Part shown: piece after piece, positions 49,746 through 60,340 of the stretch
Position numbering within the stretch: the stretch's first letter is position 1
Layout of the letters: every line of letters begins with the position of its first letter
Source: an uncultured archaeon
GTDB lineage: Archaea > Thermoproteota > Nitrososphaeria > Nitrososphaerales > Gagatemarchaeaceae
Reading direction: 5' to 3'
DNA: 64,000 nt
NCBI GenBank assembly: GCA_963799775.1
Contig: CAWCYD010000003.1
Location: forward strand, 1,216,001-1,280,000
Notes under the pieces: model-generated
Database searches by the model: none
What the model was told of the DNA's origin: nothing
The model's input: only the letters and a program-made list of their open reading frames with translations
Translations under genes and position numbers: made by a program

Positions 49746-49761
49746 CGTGGGAGGAGGGGCG

Positions 49762-50469
49762 ATGTCGAGAGATGGTCGCGCGGTCTACAGGCGGCAGTAT
49801 ACGTTCATGGACTACATCCTCGCTCTAGTCTTCTTGGTCATCGCAGCCTTCATCTTCTTCTTCGTGACCGAGGTCGCCTTCGAGAAGACGGGGTTCACCA
49901 GGCTCCAGTTCCTTCTCATCCTCGGCGTGGCGCTTGTGGGAAGCTACGTCGACATCCCCGTGTGGCAACTGAGGAACACGAAGCCCACGGTCGTCGTGAG
50001 GGAGGTCAGGGCGTTCTGGGTCACATACAGGATACCTCAGTACGCCTTGACCCAGGTCACCACGACTGTCGCTGTGAACCTAGGCGGCGCCATCGTCCCG
50101 ATCGTCGTCACGCTGGTCCTGCTGAACGCCCACCCTTCCATCTGGCTGGGCGCTCTTGTGGCGACCTTGCTCACTTCCGTGGCTGTGCACGCGGTGGCGA
50201 GGTATGTCGACGGCGTGGGGATAGTCTCGCCCACGCTCCTCCCACCGATCGCGGCCGTCGTCTTCTCGCTCCCCTTCGTCTCGATGAGCTATCTGGCGAT
50301 AACAGCGTACATCGCGGGGACGCTGGGCACGCTCATCGGAGCGGACCTGACGAACCTGGGCAAGATCTCGGAGGGCGGAACACATGTGGCGAGCATCGGA
50401 GGAGCGGGGAAGTTCGACGGGATCTTCATGACCGGGATAGTCGCTGTGCTGATCGCCTCGCTGATCTAG
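49762..50469 (+). CDS. DUF1614 membrane protein
   Basis: AVNLGGAIVP, GTLIGADL, SIGGAGKFDGIF. Confidence 0.85.
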   Translation: MSRDGRAVYRRQYTFMDYILALVFLVIAAFIFFFVTEVAFEKTGFTRLQFLLILGVALVGSYVDIPVWQLRNTKPTVVVREVRAFWVTYRIPQYALTQVTTTVAVNLGGAIVPIVVTLVLLNAHPSIWLGALVATLLTSVAVHAVARYVDGVGIVSPTLLPPIAAVVFSLPFVSMSYLAITAYIAGTLGTLIGADLTNLGKISEGGTHVASIGGAGKFDGIFMTGIVAVLIASLI

Positions 50470-51467
50470 ACCATGCCTGGAGGGGATTCCCTCCGCGTCT
50501 TCGTCCCGAGGATCACCTCCAGGATGTCGGTGACCGTGACCATCCCCCTCACCTTCCCTCCCTCGAAGACAAACGCCATCGTCACACCGCCCGCGCGCAT
50601 CTTGTCCATCACCTTGGCCGCTGTCTCGTCGCTCTCAACGCGGGCAGGATTGAGCATGTAACGGCGGACGTTGTCGCTGAAACCGCCGGCGTCGAAAGCC
50701 CGGAAGAGCGAGCGGAACGTGACAGCCCCCACGTAGGCATTGATCTTTGCGTCGTAGACTGGGAGGTTGGGGTGGTTCGACTTGCCCATCAGACGGAGCG
50801 CCCCCTCCACGGTAGAGTTCGCGTCTACAGCGACTATCTCCTTGATGGGCGTGAGCAGGCCTCCCGCGTTTGTCTTCGAAGAGGCGAGGGCGGACCGGAG
50901 AATCCTTCCGGAGTCGGGCTCGATGTGCCCCGCCTGCTCGAGCTGGATGAGGAGACTCTCGAACTCGTCCACGAGGTCATCGTGCTCGTATCCCGGCTTT
51001 CCCACCACGGCCTCCGAGAGGGACCTGGCCACGCTCGTGAGTGGGACAGCGATCGGAGCCAGAACCGCCAGCATAATGCTCGTCCCGGGAGCCAGGAAGA
51101 GGGCCATCCTTACCGTGTTCTCTATTCCGATGGCCTTTGGGAGGAGGTTGAGGAAGACCATTATCACGAGGGAGACGACGACCACCGTGAATGCCCAGCC
51201 CCCGATCCCAAAGACGCTGGAGAGGATGAGCCCCGTGCTGCCTGTGATTATCACGTCCGCGAAGGTGGAGACGAAGGTCGTCGAGCTGACCAGCTTCGTC
51301 CTCTCAGAAACTATCTTGATCGCCTTGGTCGCCCTCGAGTTCCCTTCGGTGCTCTCCGTCGAGAGCGCCAAGGGCCTGAGCGTGAGGAAGGTGGCCTCGA
51401 CCAGCGACATCCAGAACGAGACGACCACCGCCACGCAGAGCGCGAGGTAGACATACCAGACGACCAT
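50466..51467 (-). CDS. CNNM/DUF21-CBS domain protein
   Basis: N-terminal TMs, LLPKAIG, two CBS domains, GMVTVTDILE. Confidence 0.85.
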   Translation of the reverse strand: MVVWYVYLALCVAVVVSFWMSLVEATFLTLRPLALSTESTEGNSRATKAIKIVSERTKLVSSTTFVSTFADVIITGSTGLILSSVFGIGGWAFTVVVVSLVIMVFLNLLPKAIGIENTVRMALFLAPGTSIMLAVLAPIAVPLTSVARSLSEAVVGKPGYEHDDLVDEFESLLIQLEQAGHIEPDSGRILRSALASSKTNAGGLLTPIKEIVAVDANSTVEGALRLMGKSNHPNLPVYDAKINAYVGAVTFRSLFRAFDAGGFSDNVRRYMLNPARVESDETAAKVMDKMRAGGVTMAFVFEGGKVRGMVTVTDILEVILGTKTRRESPPGMV

Positions 51468-51542
51468 CTACTGGCGAAAAAATTCTCAACGGGCTAATAA
51501 ACACAAGCGCAATCGTCTGCGGCAGAGCTTGGCGCCTACTGC

Positions 51543-51989
51543 TCATTTCGTGTAGTATAGCGCGATGAAATAGAAGGCGTATGCGCCTATCGCGCTTCCT
51601 CCCATCTGCATCGTGCTCCCTGCCGCCGTGAAGCCGGACAGGACGAAGAAGTATCCGCCCACTCCCGCGACGACGACGGTGAGAAGGCCCAGCGCCGCGG
51701 ACACCTTGACGCTCCTCCGCCGATACCTCAGGGAGACTACGAGCACACCTATCGCGGAGAGCAGGATTAGGAATCCCTCCATCCCGTGCCAGATCATGAA
51801 CAGCCCGCCGCTCACGACGGCCTGGAAGAACCCGCCGATCGATTGCGCCGGCGCCGGAGCTGCCGGCGAGGTCGTCACGAAGACGTTCACAAAGTCCCCC
51901 GTCCACAACTGAAGGGTCAGGAGTATGAGGGTGGCCGCTATCGAGAGACGGAGCGGTCGCCAGCTCTTTGCCTCGAAGCCCCCTTCCAA
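51543..51989 (-). CDS. Four-TM membrane protein
   Basis: Hydrophobic ORF. Confidence 0.55.
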   Translation of the reverse strand: MEGGFEAKSWRPLRLSIAATLILLTLQLWTGDFVNVFVTTSPAAPAPAQSIGGFFQAVVSGGLFMIWHGMEGFLILLSAIGVLVVSLRYRRRSVKVSAALGLLTVVVAGVGGYFFVLSGFTAAGSTMQMGGSAIGAYAFYFIALYYTK

Positions 51990-52099
51990 CGCCAGACAGG
52001 ACCGGGAGAGTTTGATAATAAATCTGCGTCTGTCCCGGTCCCGAGCTCCGTCTAGTCAACTCGGAACGGGGCCTCCCAAAGGATATATCTCGGCGACGG

Positions 52100-53089
52100 T
52101 TGATGGCGGCGTTGAAAGTCCTCGAATCGATACGCGGAGCGATGGACGAGTTCGATGCCTTCTACGACTCTACCTCCAGACAGGAGACGCCCGATGCTAG
52201 GAAGAGGGCCATCTCCTCGATCGTGCGTGCCAAGGGAGAGTGGGCGACCCCCAACGGGCGAGAGACGATCGCCGGAAAGCTCTCAGACCTCGTCGTGTAC
52301 AGTCTAGAAGAGACACGGGCCATGACCGGCGGGGAGGTCGGGGAGCTCATCCTCGGTGCGCTGGGGACGAACTCTCAGGAGGTCGATTCGGCCATGAGGA
52401 TGAAGATACTCTCGGACAGGCTCGAGCACCTGGTCGAAGACGCGGCGGGCGCGGCCAAGCTGTTCCCGGCGAAGCAGACGGAGGAGTGGGGCAGCCACGA
52501 CATGGTGTACACGAGAGAAATCGACGGATGGGAGGTGACACTCGGCTACTTTCCCGAGTACCTGCGACCGCGGGTGGTGTACGGGCAGGTGGGCATCTCG
52601 CCCCAGATCAGCAAGAGCCTCGCGATGTCGCTAAGGTATCACCTCGCCAAGCATCATCTCGTCTCCAAGAGCGACGAGGACGACTCTGCGTTTCTCACGT
52701 TCATGAAGAGCAAGGAGCTGGACAAGCTTGCGAGCCTCTACAGCATATCCTATGAGCTTCCGCCTATGGGGACGGCCAACCGAGGACAGACGCACAAAGC
52801 GATGGGAGGCTACAGCGTCATGCTCTCGTCCCTCGAGACGGACCTGCGGAACTCGCCATACTCGGCAGAGAAGCTGCTGAGGTCGGTCAACTCGGTCAAC
52901 GTATTCCATGACGACGAAGGGATAGGTGTGCACATGATTGCGGAGTTCCCTAGGGGTCACCCGGACATCGGTCAGAACCTGACGTTCGCTTTTGGCGCTG
53001 ACTTCTTCAAACTCTCGAGGCAAGAGTGGCAGGATTTCAAGAAGATACCTCAGCTCGCGGTCGCTGCCCTCGAGCCGCTGATGGGCTAG
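52100..53089 (+). CDS. Hypothetical protein
   Basis: Long ORF with coding-like GC3. Confidence 0.6.
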   Translation: MMAALKVLESIRGAMDEFDAFYDSTSRQETPDARKRAISSIVRAKGEWATPNGRETIAGKLSDLVVYSLEETRAMTGGEVGELILGALGTNSQEVDSAMRMKILSDRLEHLVEDAAGAAKLFPAKQTEEWGSHDMVYTREIDGWEVTLGYFPEYLRPRVVYGQVGISPQISKSLAMSLRYHLAKHHLVSKSDEDDSAFLTFMKSKELDKLASLYSISYELPPMGTANRGQTHKAMGGYSVMLSSLETDLRNSPYSAEKLLRSVNSVNVFHDDEGIGVHMIAEFPRGHPDIGQNLTFAFGADFFKLSRQEWQDFKKIPQLAVAALEPLMG

Positions 53090-53173
53090 GCGAGGCCGCC
53101 CTAGCCATGATGCGCATCGAGCACGTCGGAGTCCCGACGATAGCCGCGATCCAATGACCCGGCCCCGGGTCTC

Positions 53174-53458
53174 TTAGCCCTCTTCGACCACTTCTTCGGC
53201 GCTCCGGACCCGGATGATGCTGTAGGACCATAGGAGACCCTTTTCCTTCATCTGCCTCATGTCGAGGAGCATCCGAGACTTGAAACTCAGACGGGCAGAC
53301 TTCTCAGGGATGTTGATTCCCTGGGTGCGCAAGAGGTTTGTGAACGTCTCGAACGCTTTGGTGTGGACTATGTAGCGATATTCAACAGTACTTTCCCCTG
53401 TTTCGCGCAGAGAAATCGGTTTCTCCACGATGCTACATCGGATATCCTGCATTTGCAC
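53174..53458 (-). CDS. Hypothetical protein
   Basis: 94-aa ORF; TTTAAA upstream. Confidence 0.45.
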   Translation of the reverse strand: MQMQDIRCSIVEKPISLRETGESTVEYRYIVHTKAFETFTNLLRTQGINIPEKSARLSFKSRMLLDMRQMKEKGLLWSYSIIRVRSAEEVVEEG

Positions 53459-53564
53459 TGCTTTAAAGCGTCGCTCGGTTAGTTCTGTATCAATCGAATT
53501 GCCTAAAATCGTCCTCCCGGGGGCCTCGCGAAAGTGGTTTCTGACAAATCCCCGGTGTCTAGCC

Positions 53565-54026
53565 CTACTCGCTGAGGGCCTTGTTGCTCTCGCGAAGACG
53601 GATGCTGAGGGCCTTTAGGAGGTTCATCGCGATGTCACCGTTGGAACGGACGAGGGCTCGGAAGTTCCATATCGGGACGACGATGCAGCTCGTCTCGGAG
53701 ACCGCGGCGACGTCGGAAGACCGGGGACTCCGGTCGAGCAGGGACATCTCCCCGAAGAAGTCCCCCACCCCGAGTTTCGCCAGCACGCGCTGCTTCCTCC
53801 TGACCTCGACGTCGCCCTCGACAATGAGGTAGAAGGCGACTCCTTCTTCGCCCTCGCTCTCTATCACCTTCCCCGGAGGGTAAGACTGCTGCTTTCCGCT
53901 GGTCAGGATCGACCTTAACTGCTTCTCCTTGAGGCCTGAGAAGAGCGGGACGGATCGTATCCTCTCAAGCAGTCCCCTCTCAGATTCGCCGGCCAATACG
54001 AGCCTCGTTTGTTGGAGTTTCGTCAT
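53565..54026 (-). CDS. Stand-alone cyclic-nucleotide-binding domain protein
   Basis: VPLFSGL, GDFFGEMSLL...PRSS. Confidence 0.9.
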   Translation of the reverse strand: MTKLQQTRLVLAGESERGLLERIRSVPLFSGLKEKQLRSILTSGKQQSYPPGKVIESEGEEGVAFYLIVEGDVEVRRKQRVLAKLGVGDFFGEMSLLDRSPRSSDVAAVSETSCIVVPIWNFRALVRSNGDIAMNLLKALSIRLRESNKALSE

Positions 54027-54118
54027 TTAAGCACATCGCAGGGCCAAACGGGACGACGCTCGCGGCAAGATTCCGTAAGGACATTTTTTTAGCGACAGGC
54101 CACGGATTCAAGGCGCTG

Positions 54119-54469
54119 ATGAATCCCTGGCCGACCCCGATTGGTCTCGATGCTATCACTGAAACCACAGTGAGGTTCGCAATCTTGGCGTTGAACGGGA
54201 AGGACAGGAGACGCTGGTTCGATCTGTTCTCCGCTAGGCCTCGGTTCTCGGACGACGGTATGACGCGCGACTTTGCAAGATGGTGCGATGACGAGCTCTT
54301 CGGCTCCGTCAGGGCATACATATTCTCCATCGACAATGTGGAGGAGGGAGGACTGACCTTCTACGCGAGCTACCACTCAGACAAGTGGGGAGACTTCAAG
54401 ACCTTCTGGAAGTTCACGTTGACCGATGGGAAGATCTCAACGTTGGACGTTGGCGCGACCGATTACTGA
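54119..54469 (+). CDS. NTF2/SnoaL-like protein
   Basis: ALNGKDRRRWFDLF...FTLTDGKISTL. Confidence 0.6.
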   Translation: MNPWPTPIGLDAITETTVRFAILALNGKDRRRWFDLFSARPRFSDDGMTRDFARWCDDELFGSVRAYIFSIDNVEEGGLTFYASYHSDKWGDFKTFWKFTLTDGKISTLDVGATDY

Positions 54470-54548
54470 CCGAGGAGCGAGCGCCTGTTGCCGAATCCTT
54501 GCTGATGGATGAATTCGCAGGCCGTTAATAACGCGGAAAAGCCGTTCT

Positions 54549-54848
54549 TCACTTCTTCCGGGGCTCCCTCATGCCTTCCAGACTGTCCTTGAAGGACCCC
54601 AGTGGGTGGACCTCCCGGTCCATGACCAAGTTGGAAGGTGACCCGAAGAAGATCTCGCCGAGCTCCTCGAGCGTCTCGGTCTCCAAAACGTATCCGTCAC
54701 CGAGGATGTCGAGGCACGGCCCTCCGACTATCTTCCCGGCTTTCTCGAGCTTTCTCTTGTACTCGAGGTCGGCGGTCGCCACCTTCACAAAATCCGCTCG
54801 GTCGAATTGAACTCCGGTCCTCACCTTCTCCAAGACGAAGAATCGCAT
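54549..54848 (-). CDS. YCII/muconolactone-isomerase-like protein
   Basis: LEKAGKIVGG...REVHPL. Confidence 0.55.
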   Translation of the reverse strand: MRFFVLEKVRTGVQFDRADFVKVATADLEYKRKLEKAGKIVGGPCLDILGDGYVLETETLEELGEIFFGSPSNLVMDREVHPLGSFKDSLEGMREPRKK

Positions 54849-54900
54849 GAGCTGAAGGCCCGGGCAGGAGTAATAAGGGTTCGAGACTTGCTCGAAACGA

Positions 54901-57093
54901 CTACTCGTTGTCGATGAACTCGGAGGCCTTCGGTGCATCTTCTGGAAGGCCCTTGCGCTTCCGAATCGACTGGACCAGCGGCAGGAGCATGTTCGTCGGA
55001 ACCGCCTGCCAGAGCTTGAAGTAGGTGTTCCAGACCGCCCTCCCCGCCGTCGCTCCTCTCATCTCCTCGCTCAGGTCCATCGTCTCCGCTGCAGGGATCT
55101 CTCCCTCGACTATGGTGAGCGCCTCGCGCTGCTCGATGTTCAGGAGCTTGCCCCTCTTACCACTGATGACGCTCGTAATCGCGCCTATCTGGTCTGAGGG
55201 GCCCTTGACCTCTATTCCCAGGACGGGCTCGAGGAGCGTGGGGTTGCCGAGGAGCATCGCGCCGAGGATGGAACGTCTCGTAGCCGGCATAAGCTGCGCG
55301 TAGGTCCGGTGGGCCGCGTCCTCGTGGGGCACGTAGTGCGTGAGAGTGGCCTTGATCCCCCTGCAGGTTTCGTAAGCGAGGGGGCCGTTCTGCATGACGT
55401 CCTCGAAGCCAGAGCGCATGGTGTCCATTGACTCTTGCAGGAACTGGACTCCCTTCGTCTCCTCGCAGAAGAGGTTGCCCTTGGGGTCGACCTCCACGAC
55501 CGTCCTCGAGGTGTCCGAGTCCCAGCCGTGGTCGCGCAGGAGCTTCACTATCGTCTTCTTGTCGGTGGTGTCGCTCAGCTCCCCCTTCCGGATTAGCTCG
55601 ACGATGTCCGGGGCGAGCGGCTCGACCTTCATGAATATCTTGTTGTGGCGGTTGGGCGACTTGCTCATTATCGGCCCCGCCCCCTGCCTGATGGTCTCTC
55701 GGTAGTTGGTGATGGGCTCCGAGGTGATTATCTCCAGCCCTTGGCGCTGGATCATCGTGGTGGCGATCTCCAGGTGGAGGACGCCCATCCCCGCCATCAG
55801 GGTCTCGCCGCTCTCCTGGTTGATCGTGATGATGAGGTTCGGGTCCTCGATGTTGAGCCTGCGCATCGCCTCGACGAGCTTGGGGAGGTCGCGCGGGTGC
55901 TTCGCCTCGACCGCCTGCGTCACGACCGGCTCGGAGACGTAGTGGATGGACTCGAAGGGCACCACGTCCTTGAGCGTGGATATCGTCTCGCCCGAGCGGA
56001 TGTCGAGACCCAGTATGGCGGGGATGTTGCCCGCCGGGAGCGTGTCGACTATCTCGCGCTGGAAGCCCATGAAAATCTGGACCGACTGGATCTTCCCCTC
56101 GCGCTTCGAGTTGAGGAGATAGACCTCGTCGCCGTTGCTTATCTGGCCCGAGAAGAGCCTGCCCACTCCGACCAGACCCGCGGCCGGGTCCACCACGACG
56201 TTGGTGACCATCATGACCATGGGGCCGTTCTCGTCGCAAGCGAGCAGCGCCTTGCCGACGTCGCTGTCGAGGTTCCCGCCTGACCAGATCTTGGGGATGC
56301 GGTAGGCCTGCGCCACGTGGGGCGGCGGATGGTGCTTGACGACCATGCCGAGGAGCGCCTCGTGGAGCGGGAGCTTCGGGCCGAGGGTCTTGGGGTCGCC
56401 CGTCGTGTACGCCTCGTAGATGTCCTTGAAGCCCATCCCGGTGGCCTTGGCCAGGTCCGAGTTGAAGCCCCACTTGTCCTTGCTCGAGCCGAACGCGACC
56501 ATCGAGTCCTGGATCTTGACCTTCCAGAGCTCCCTGTACTGCGGCTCCGCGTGGGTCTCGACGAGGCGGTTGAAGTCCGCGACGATGTTGAAGAGCCACT
56601 TTTGCATCTGATCGGGGTTTAAACGGAGTTCTTTGATTAAACGGTCGATTTTGTTGATGTATAGGACAGGACGGACCCGTTCTTCGAGCGCCTGGCGGGT
56701 GACAGTCTCCGTTTGCGTCATTATGCCTTCTACGCTGTCAACTACGACGATTGCGCCGTCTACGGCTCGTAATGACCTTGTTACCTTCCCAGTGAAGTCA
56801 ATGTGCCCCGGAGTGTCAATCAGGTTGATAACGTAGGGAGTTCCGTCCTTTTCGTAGTAAAGCGTGACATTCGCGGCCTTGATGGTCATCTGCCGCTGCT
56901 GCTCTAGCTCCATGTAGTCAAGAGCGAGCGCTTGCCCCGCAACCGAGGGAGAGAGCATCCCGCACGCCGCTAGGAGGGAGTCCGCCGTGGTAGTCTTCCC
57001 GTGGTCGACATGGGCGATGATTCCCATGTTCCGCAGCTGCTCGCGGTTGTGGACGATCTTCAGCGCTTCAGAGGTGGACTTGAACTTCGGCAT
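54901..57093 (-). CDS. fusA: Archaeal elongation factor 2
   Basis: AHVDHGKTT, DTPGH, NKID, KSPNRHN, HEDAAHR. Confidence 0.97.
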   Translation of the reverse strand: MPKFKSTSEALKIVHNREQLRNMGIIAHVDHGKTTTADSLLAACGMLSPSVAGQALALDYMELEQQRQMTIKAANVTLYYEKDGTPYVINLIDTPGHIDFTGKVTRSLRAVDGAIVVVDSVEGIMTQTETVTRQALEERVRPVLYINKIDRLIKELRLNPDQMQKWLFNIVADFNRLVETHAEPQYRELWKVKIQDSMVAFGSSKDKWGFNSDLAKATGMGFKDIYEAYTTGDPKTLGPKLPLHEALLGMVVKHHPPPHVAQAYRIPKIWSGGNLDSDVGKALLACDENGPMVMMVTNVVVDPAAGLVGVGRLFSGQISNGDEVYLLNSKREGKIQSVQIFMGFQREIVDTLPAGNIPAILGLDIRSGETISTLKDVVPFESIHYVSEPVVTQAVEAKHPRDLPKLVEAMRRLNIEDPNLIITINQESGETLMAGMGVLHLEIATTMIQRQGLEIITSEPITNYRETIRQGAGPIMSKSPNRHNKIFMKVEPLAPDIVELIRKGELSDTTDKKTIVKLLRDHGWDSDTSRTVVEVDPKGNLFCEETKGVQFLQESMDTMRSGFEDVMQNGPLAYETCRGIKATLTHYVPHEDAAHRTYAQLMPATRRSILGAMLLGNPTLLEPVLGIEVKGPSDQIGAITSVISGKRGKLLNIEQREALTIVEGEIPAAETMDLSEEMRGATAGRAVWNTYFKLWQAVPTNMLLPLVQSIRKRKGLPEDAPKASEFIDNE

Positions 57094-57313
57094 GGCCTAT
57101 CCTTGTTTCAAAACGCTCCCGACCAAGTATAGTTATAATGTTTTACGTGGATTGACGACCGGGCCGGGCCGCTTCGATGCTTCGAGGAATCGTAGCTATT
57201 CCGAAGTCATCGCTTCAGACCAATGCTTCGAGCTGGCCCAGACCTCTGGAGTGTAAATGTAGTAGGTGAGCTGGTCTGCTTGCTCCTGGCGCTCGATTAC
57301 GTACTTCCTCTTA

Positions 57314-57913
57314 TCAGTTCGAATGTTTTCGATTATTCGGTTTGTGACCGGCCTGGCGCCACCCCGACCTAAGACAATGACAGTGTGATGAACCTGCCCC
57401 TTCGAGCCGTATCTTCAAGGTACGTGCAGTGATCGAAGCGATGTCAACGCTCTTGATGAAAAAGGCGAAGTCCTCAGAGACTTTTAGGAACGAGATGAAT
57501 CTCGACTGGACTTCCCCCGGAGAAGAGTGAATCTTAGCAAGCCGTGTCAACAACTCTGCCACGATACCTCGCTGAGCCAGCTCCGCTATCCGAAGGGCGG
57601 AAGTTCCAAATCTAGTGACAATCTTCTGTCGGAGATCTTCCAGCCTTTCGGGGTGGCTCTCGAGCGATCGAAGAGCAAGTCCCATTTGGATCTGAATGCC
57701 GATTACCCGCTCCTCTTTTGGGACGAACGGACCTATCATCTTCCATTCGGCGGAATTTCTTTCTTGCTTTACGGTGTTGATGTTTTCGCGATCTTTTATG
57801 AACGCGATCTCTTTGTTTTGGAATCTCTTGATTAGTTCGGGTATGCGTTCAACGGTGAATTCGATTACTGCCCCGGCTGCACCTGCGGCAACTTCCTCGC
57901 CGGGTGAGGACAA
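57314..57913 (-). CDS. Hypothetical protein (low GC; 3' end possibly frameshifted)
   Basis: 199-aa ORF operonic with 57917-58186. Confidence 0.55.
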   Translation of the reverse strand: MSSPGEEVAAGAAGAVIEFTVERIPELIKRFQNKEIAFIKDRENINTVKQERNSAEWKMIGPFVPKEERVIGIQIQMGLALRSLESHPERLEDLRQKIVTRFGTSALRIAELAQRGIVAELLTRLAKIHSSPGEVQSRFISFLKVSEDFAFFIKSVDIASITARTLKIRLEGAGSSHCHCLRSGWRQAGHKPNNRKHSN

Positions 57914-57916
57914 GCG

Positions 57917-58186
57917 TTATGGGACTTCCCCATATTCTTCCATGTAGGACGCGATGCTGAGCGGATTATCGTCCAAGACGATCGTGCTCCCAGGGAAAAT
58001 CACCATGTTCTCGAGACGGATTGGCTTGTCGATGTATTTGTCAAGGACTCTTTGCCCGTTCTGCGTCACGTAGACCCCTTTCTCATCGACGTCGAATCCG
58101 AGCCCCTTCAGGAGCCTTATCTTGAATTCCTTTGGCGCATCTTTGAAGCTAACTAGTTCCAACTTGTACCCTCCCTCTCCTGGCAA
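57917..58186 (-). CDS. Hypothetical protein
   Basis: 89-aa ORF; PGSTIVLDDNPLSIASY. Confidence 0.6.
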   Translation of the reverse strand: MPGEGGYKLELVSFKDAPKEFKIRLLKGLGFDVDEKGVYVTQNGQRVLDKYIDKPIRLENMVIFPGSTIVLDDNPLSIASYMEEYGEVP

Positions 58187-58457
58187 TAGGATAATGACGA
58201 AGAGTCATCGCGGTATAAAGCTACCGGGGCCGCCTTAAGGTCGCCAATGTCAACCTTGTGTGCCATTTGGGTTAGCATCGGCTCCAGCAGCTCGCCTTGG
58301 TTATGGCTGACACTTCGGAATATAATACTTTTCGAAGATTTCTCATTATAATCATTGTGAAGGGGTAATCCGTTCGACCTGGCGCGTCCCTTAGGCCCCA
58401 TAATTCATGGTTGGGGGCGGCGCTCATAGATACCACTACACCATTTCAATGACTTGG

Positions 58458-58571
58458 ATGGCTCCCTCGCTTACCGAAAGAGACCGTAAAGAGTTGAAAG
58501 AAATCCTCGACAATCCCGCGAGGAGCGCCGAACTCGCTAACAAGACGATTGATGCACGGGTTCTGCAATGA
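58458..58571 (+). CDS. Small protein paralog A (37 aa, possibly with a premature stop)
   Basis: MAPSLTERDRKELKEILDNPARSAELANKTIDARVLQ aligns with 62497-62643. Confidence 0.5.
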   Translation: MAPSLTERDRKELKEILDNPARSAELANKTIDARVLQ

Positions 58572-58598
58572 CTCGAGTTTCGGAGATACTCAAGAAGG

Positions 58599-60081
58599 TT
58601 AAGGAACCAATCCTGACTGCAACCTTGCCTTCGAAGAATCCTTTGAAGCAAAGACGTAACGGGGCAGGGGGTCAAACACCTTGAGTGTGACGATTTCGCT
58701 CCCTTTGATCAACGTCCTCTCTTTCGCGTTGATGGCATTCCCATCTTCGATTACAGTTCGCACGCCGCCTTTCTTGAGTATCTCTCGAACGAGCGGCCAC
58801 GGGTCATTCGGAAGCCGGCTAGCGTTCAGCTGGTCGACCCAAATTCCCGCTTCCTTGGGTTCCATTCCATGCGACGCCTCCCATTCCTTGGATCTGCGTA
58901 TCACATCCGCAATCTTCCCAAGAAGCTCGGTCCATTCAGGAGATTCTTCGTGTGTGTTGTCAATCGTAATGAGGTATTGCGGCGACACCATGATATCGAA
59001 GGGAGCAACCGGGTCAAAATCTCGCAGAAGCCCGGATATCACCGAGTTGTCCTGTGGCGCTGGACTGGCTCCCACGGTCACTTCGACTCGAGGGGTCCAG
59101 CCGCCGCCTTTGAAGTCTATTGCGTTCTTGACGTTGGCCTCGAGCACGTGTTTCCAGGTCGGCTCGCTGGTGTCGATGTAACCTCTTCGCAGGTTCCTGA
59201 ATCTTTGTGGCCAGCTGCTGCGCCGCGTCTCCTACGAACCCCCGCAAGACGTTGCCGCCGTAGAACCCAGCTCCGAGGAGAAGGCCGATTCCCACGGACC
59301 ATATCAGCACGAAAGCCACATTCAGAGGCCCGATTGTGGTGGGATCCAATGTGAGAATCTGGGTGCTGGAGAGAGGATTCTCTGACGGAAATCCGTCGCT
59401 GAAGTAGGCCCATTCAGCATAGCCGAATGCGAACGACAGGAGCGCTATCGCGACACCCGATTGCCAAGATGAGCTGAGCGCCTTGTTCATCCAGAAGGCG
59501 ATGATCAGCGTCATGAAACCAGGAAGGAGGATGAGCGCGAGCGAAACGGGGATCAGGACTCCCCCGAGCGGGAGGCTTGCGGGAGTCGAAGACTGGATGG
59601 AAAGGCTCTCCTGGGCATTCCCAACTGATGAACTCACAAGCAGGAATAGCGTGTATTGACCCGCGGGCGTTCCCGGAGGCACGTTGACCTGGAACTGGAG
59701 GAATTCGGTCCCGTTCGGTTGGAGTGGCAAGAGTGAGTAGCCGAGGGACGAACGTACCGAAGCACTTGAAGCGGAAGAACTGTATTGAACGCACGGATTT
59801 GTATTCAGTTTGGGAACCGTTGGTGTCGAGCCCTGGAGGCTAGAGTTCCAATGCGGAGGAGCAATCAAGCAGATCTGCAATGCGGTCGCGTTCGCTTTTC
59901 CAGTGTTGGAGATCAGAGCGGTCAGTGTGAAATTCTGCGTCTCGAGTACCTGGCTAGGTGAGGCAAATGTCTGGAGGGTTATCCCGTCTCCCGACGCCGC
60001 GTTAGAGGGCAAGAGAGGATACGCAAACAGAGTAGCCACGGTGGAGAATAGAAGGAGGAGCCACCAGCGCCTCACTTCCAT
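58599..60081 (-). CDS. Membrane protein with an Ig-like (NEW3/CARDB-like) domain, likely one gene frameshifted near 59170
   Basis: Signal peptide, LTALISNTG...PPHW...VPPGTPAGQY, then TMs and a soluble C-terminus in an overlapping ORF. Confidence 0.55.
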
Positions 60082-60340
60082 GAGGGAAATTGCTGCGGCT
60101 TGCTTAAAGCCTCTCGCACAGGATTCTCGAACGTCTAATGGAATGTGGCTTTTTGAGAGGCAGGCCGCCTCGAGCACGAGCGTGGGCAAGTGGAAGGGCT
60201 GCGAGTACAACTCGGCCTGCCCGAAAGGTTTGTTCAGGCCGCCGTGACTTGAAAGGTCCGATGGCGGCCCTCCATATGTCTCCTGCCGACGAAGGGCTTT
60301 CTCGGGCTTGCTTTTATACTCAAACGCACTAATACAATCC

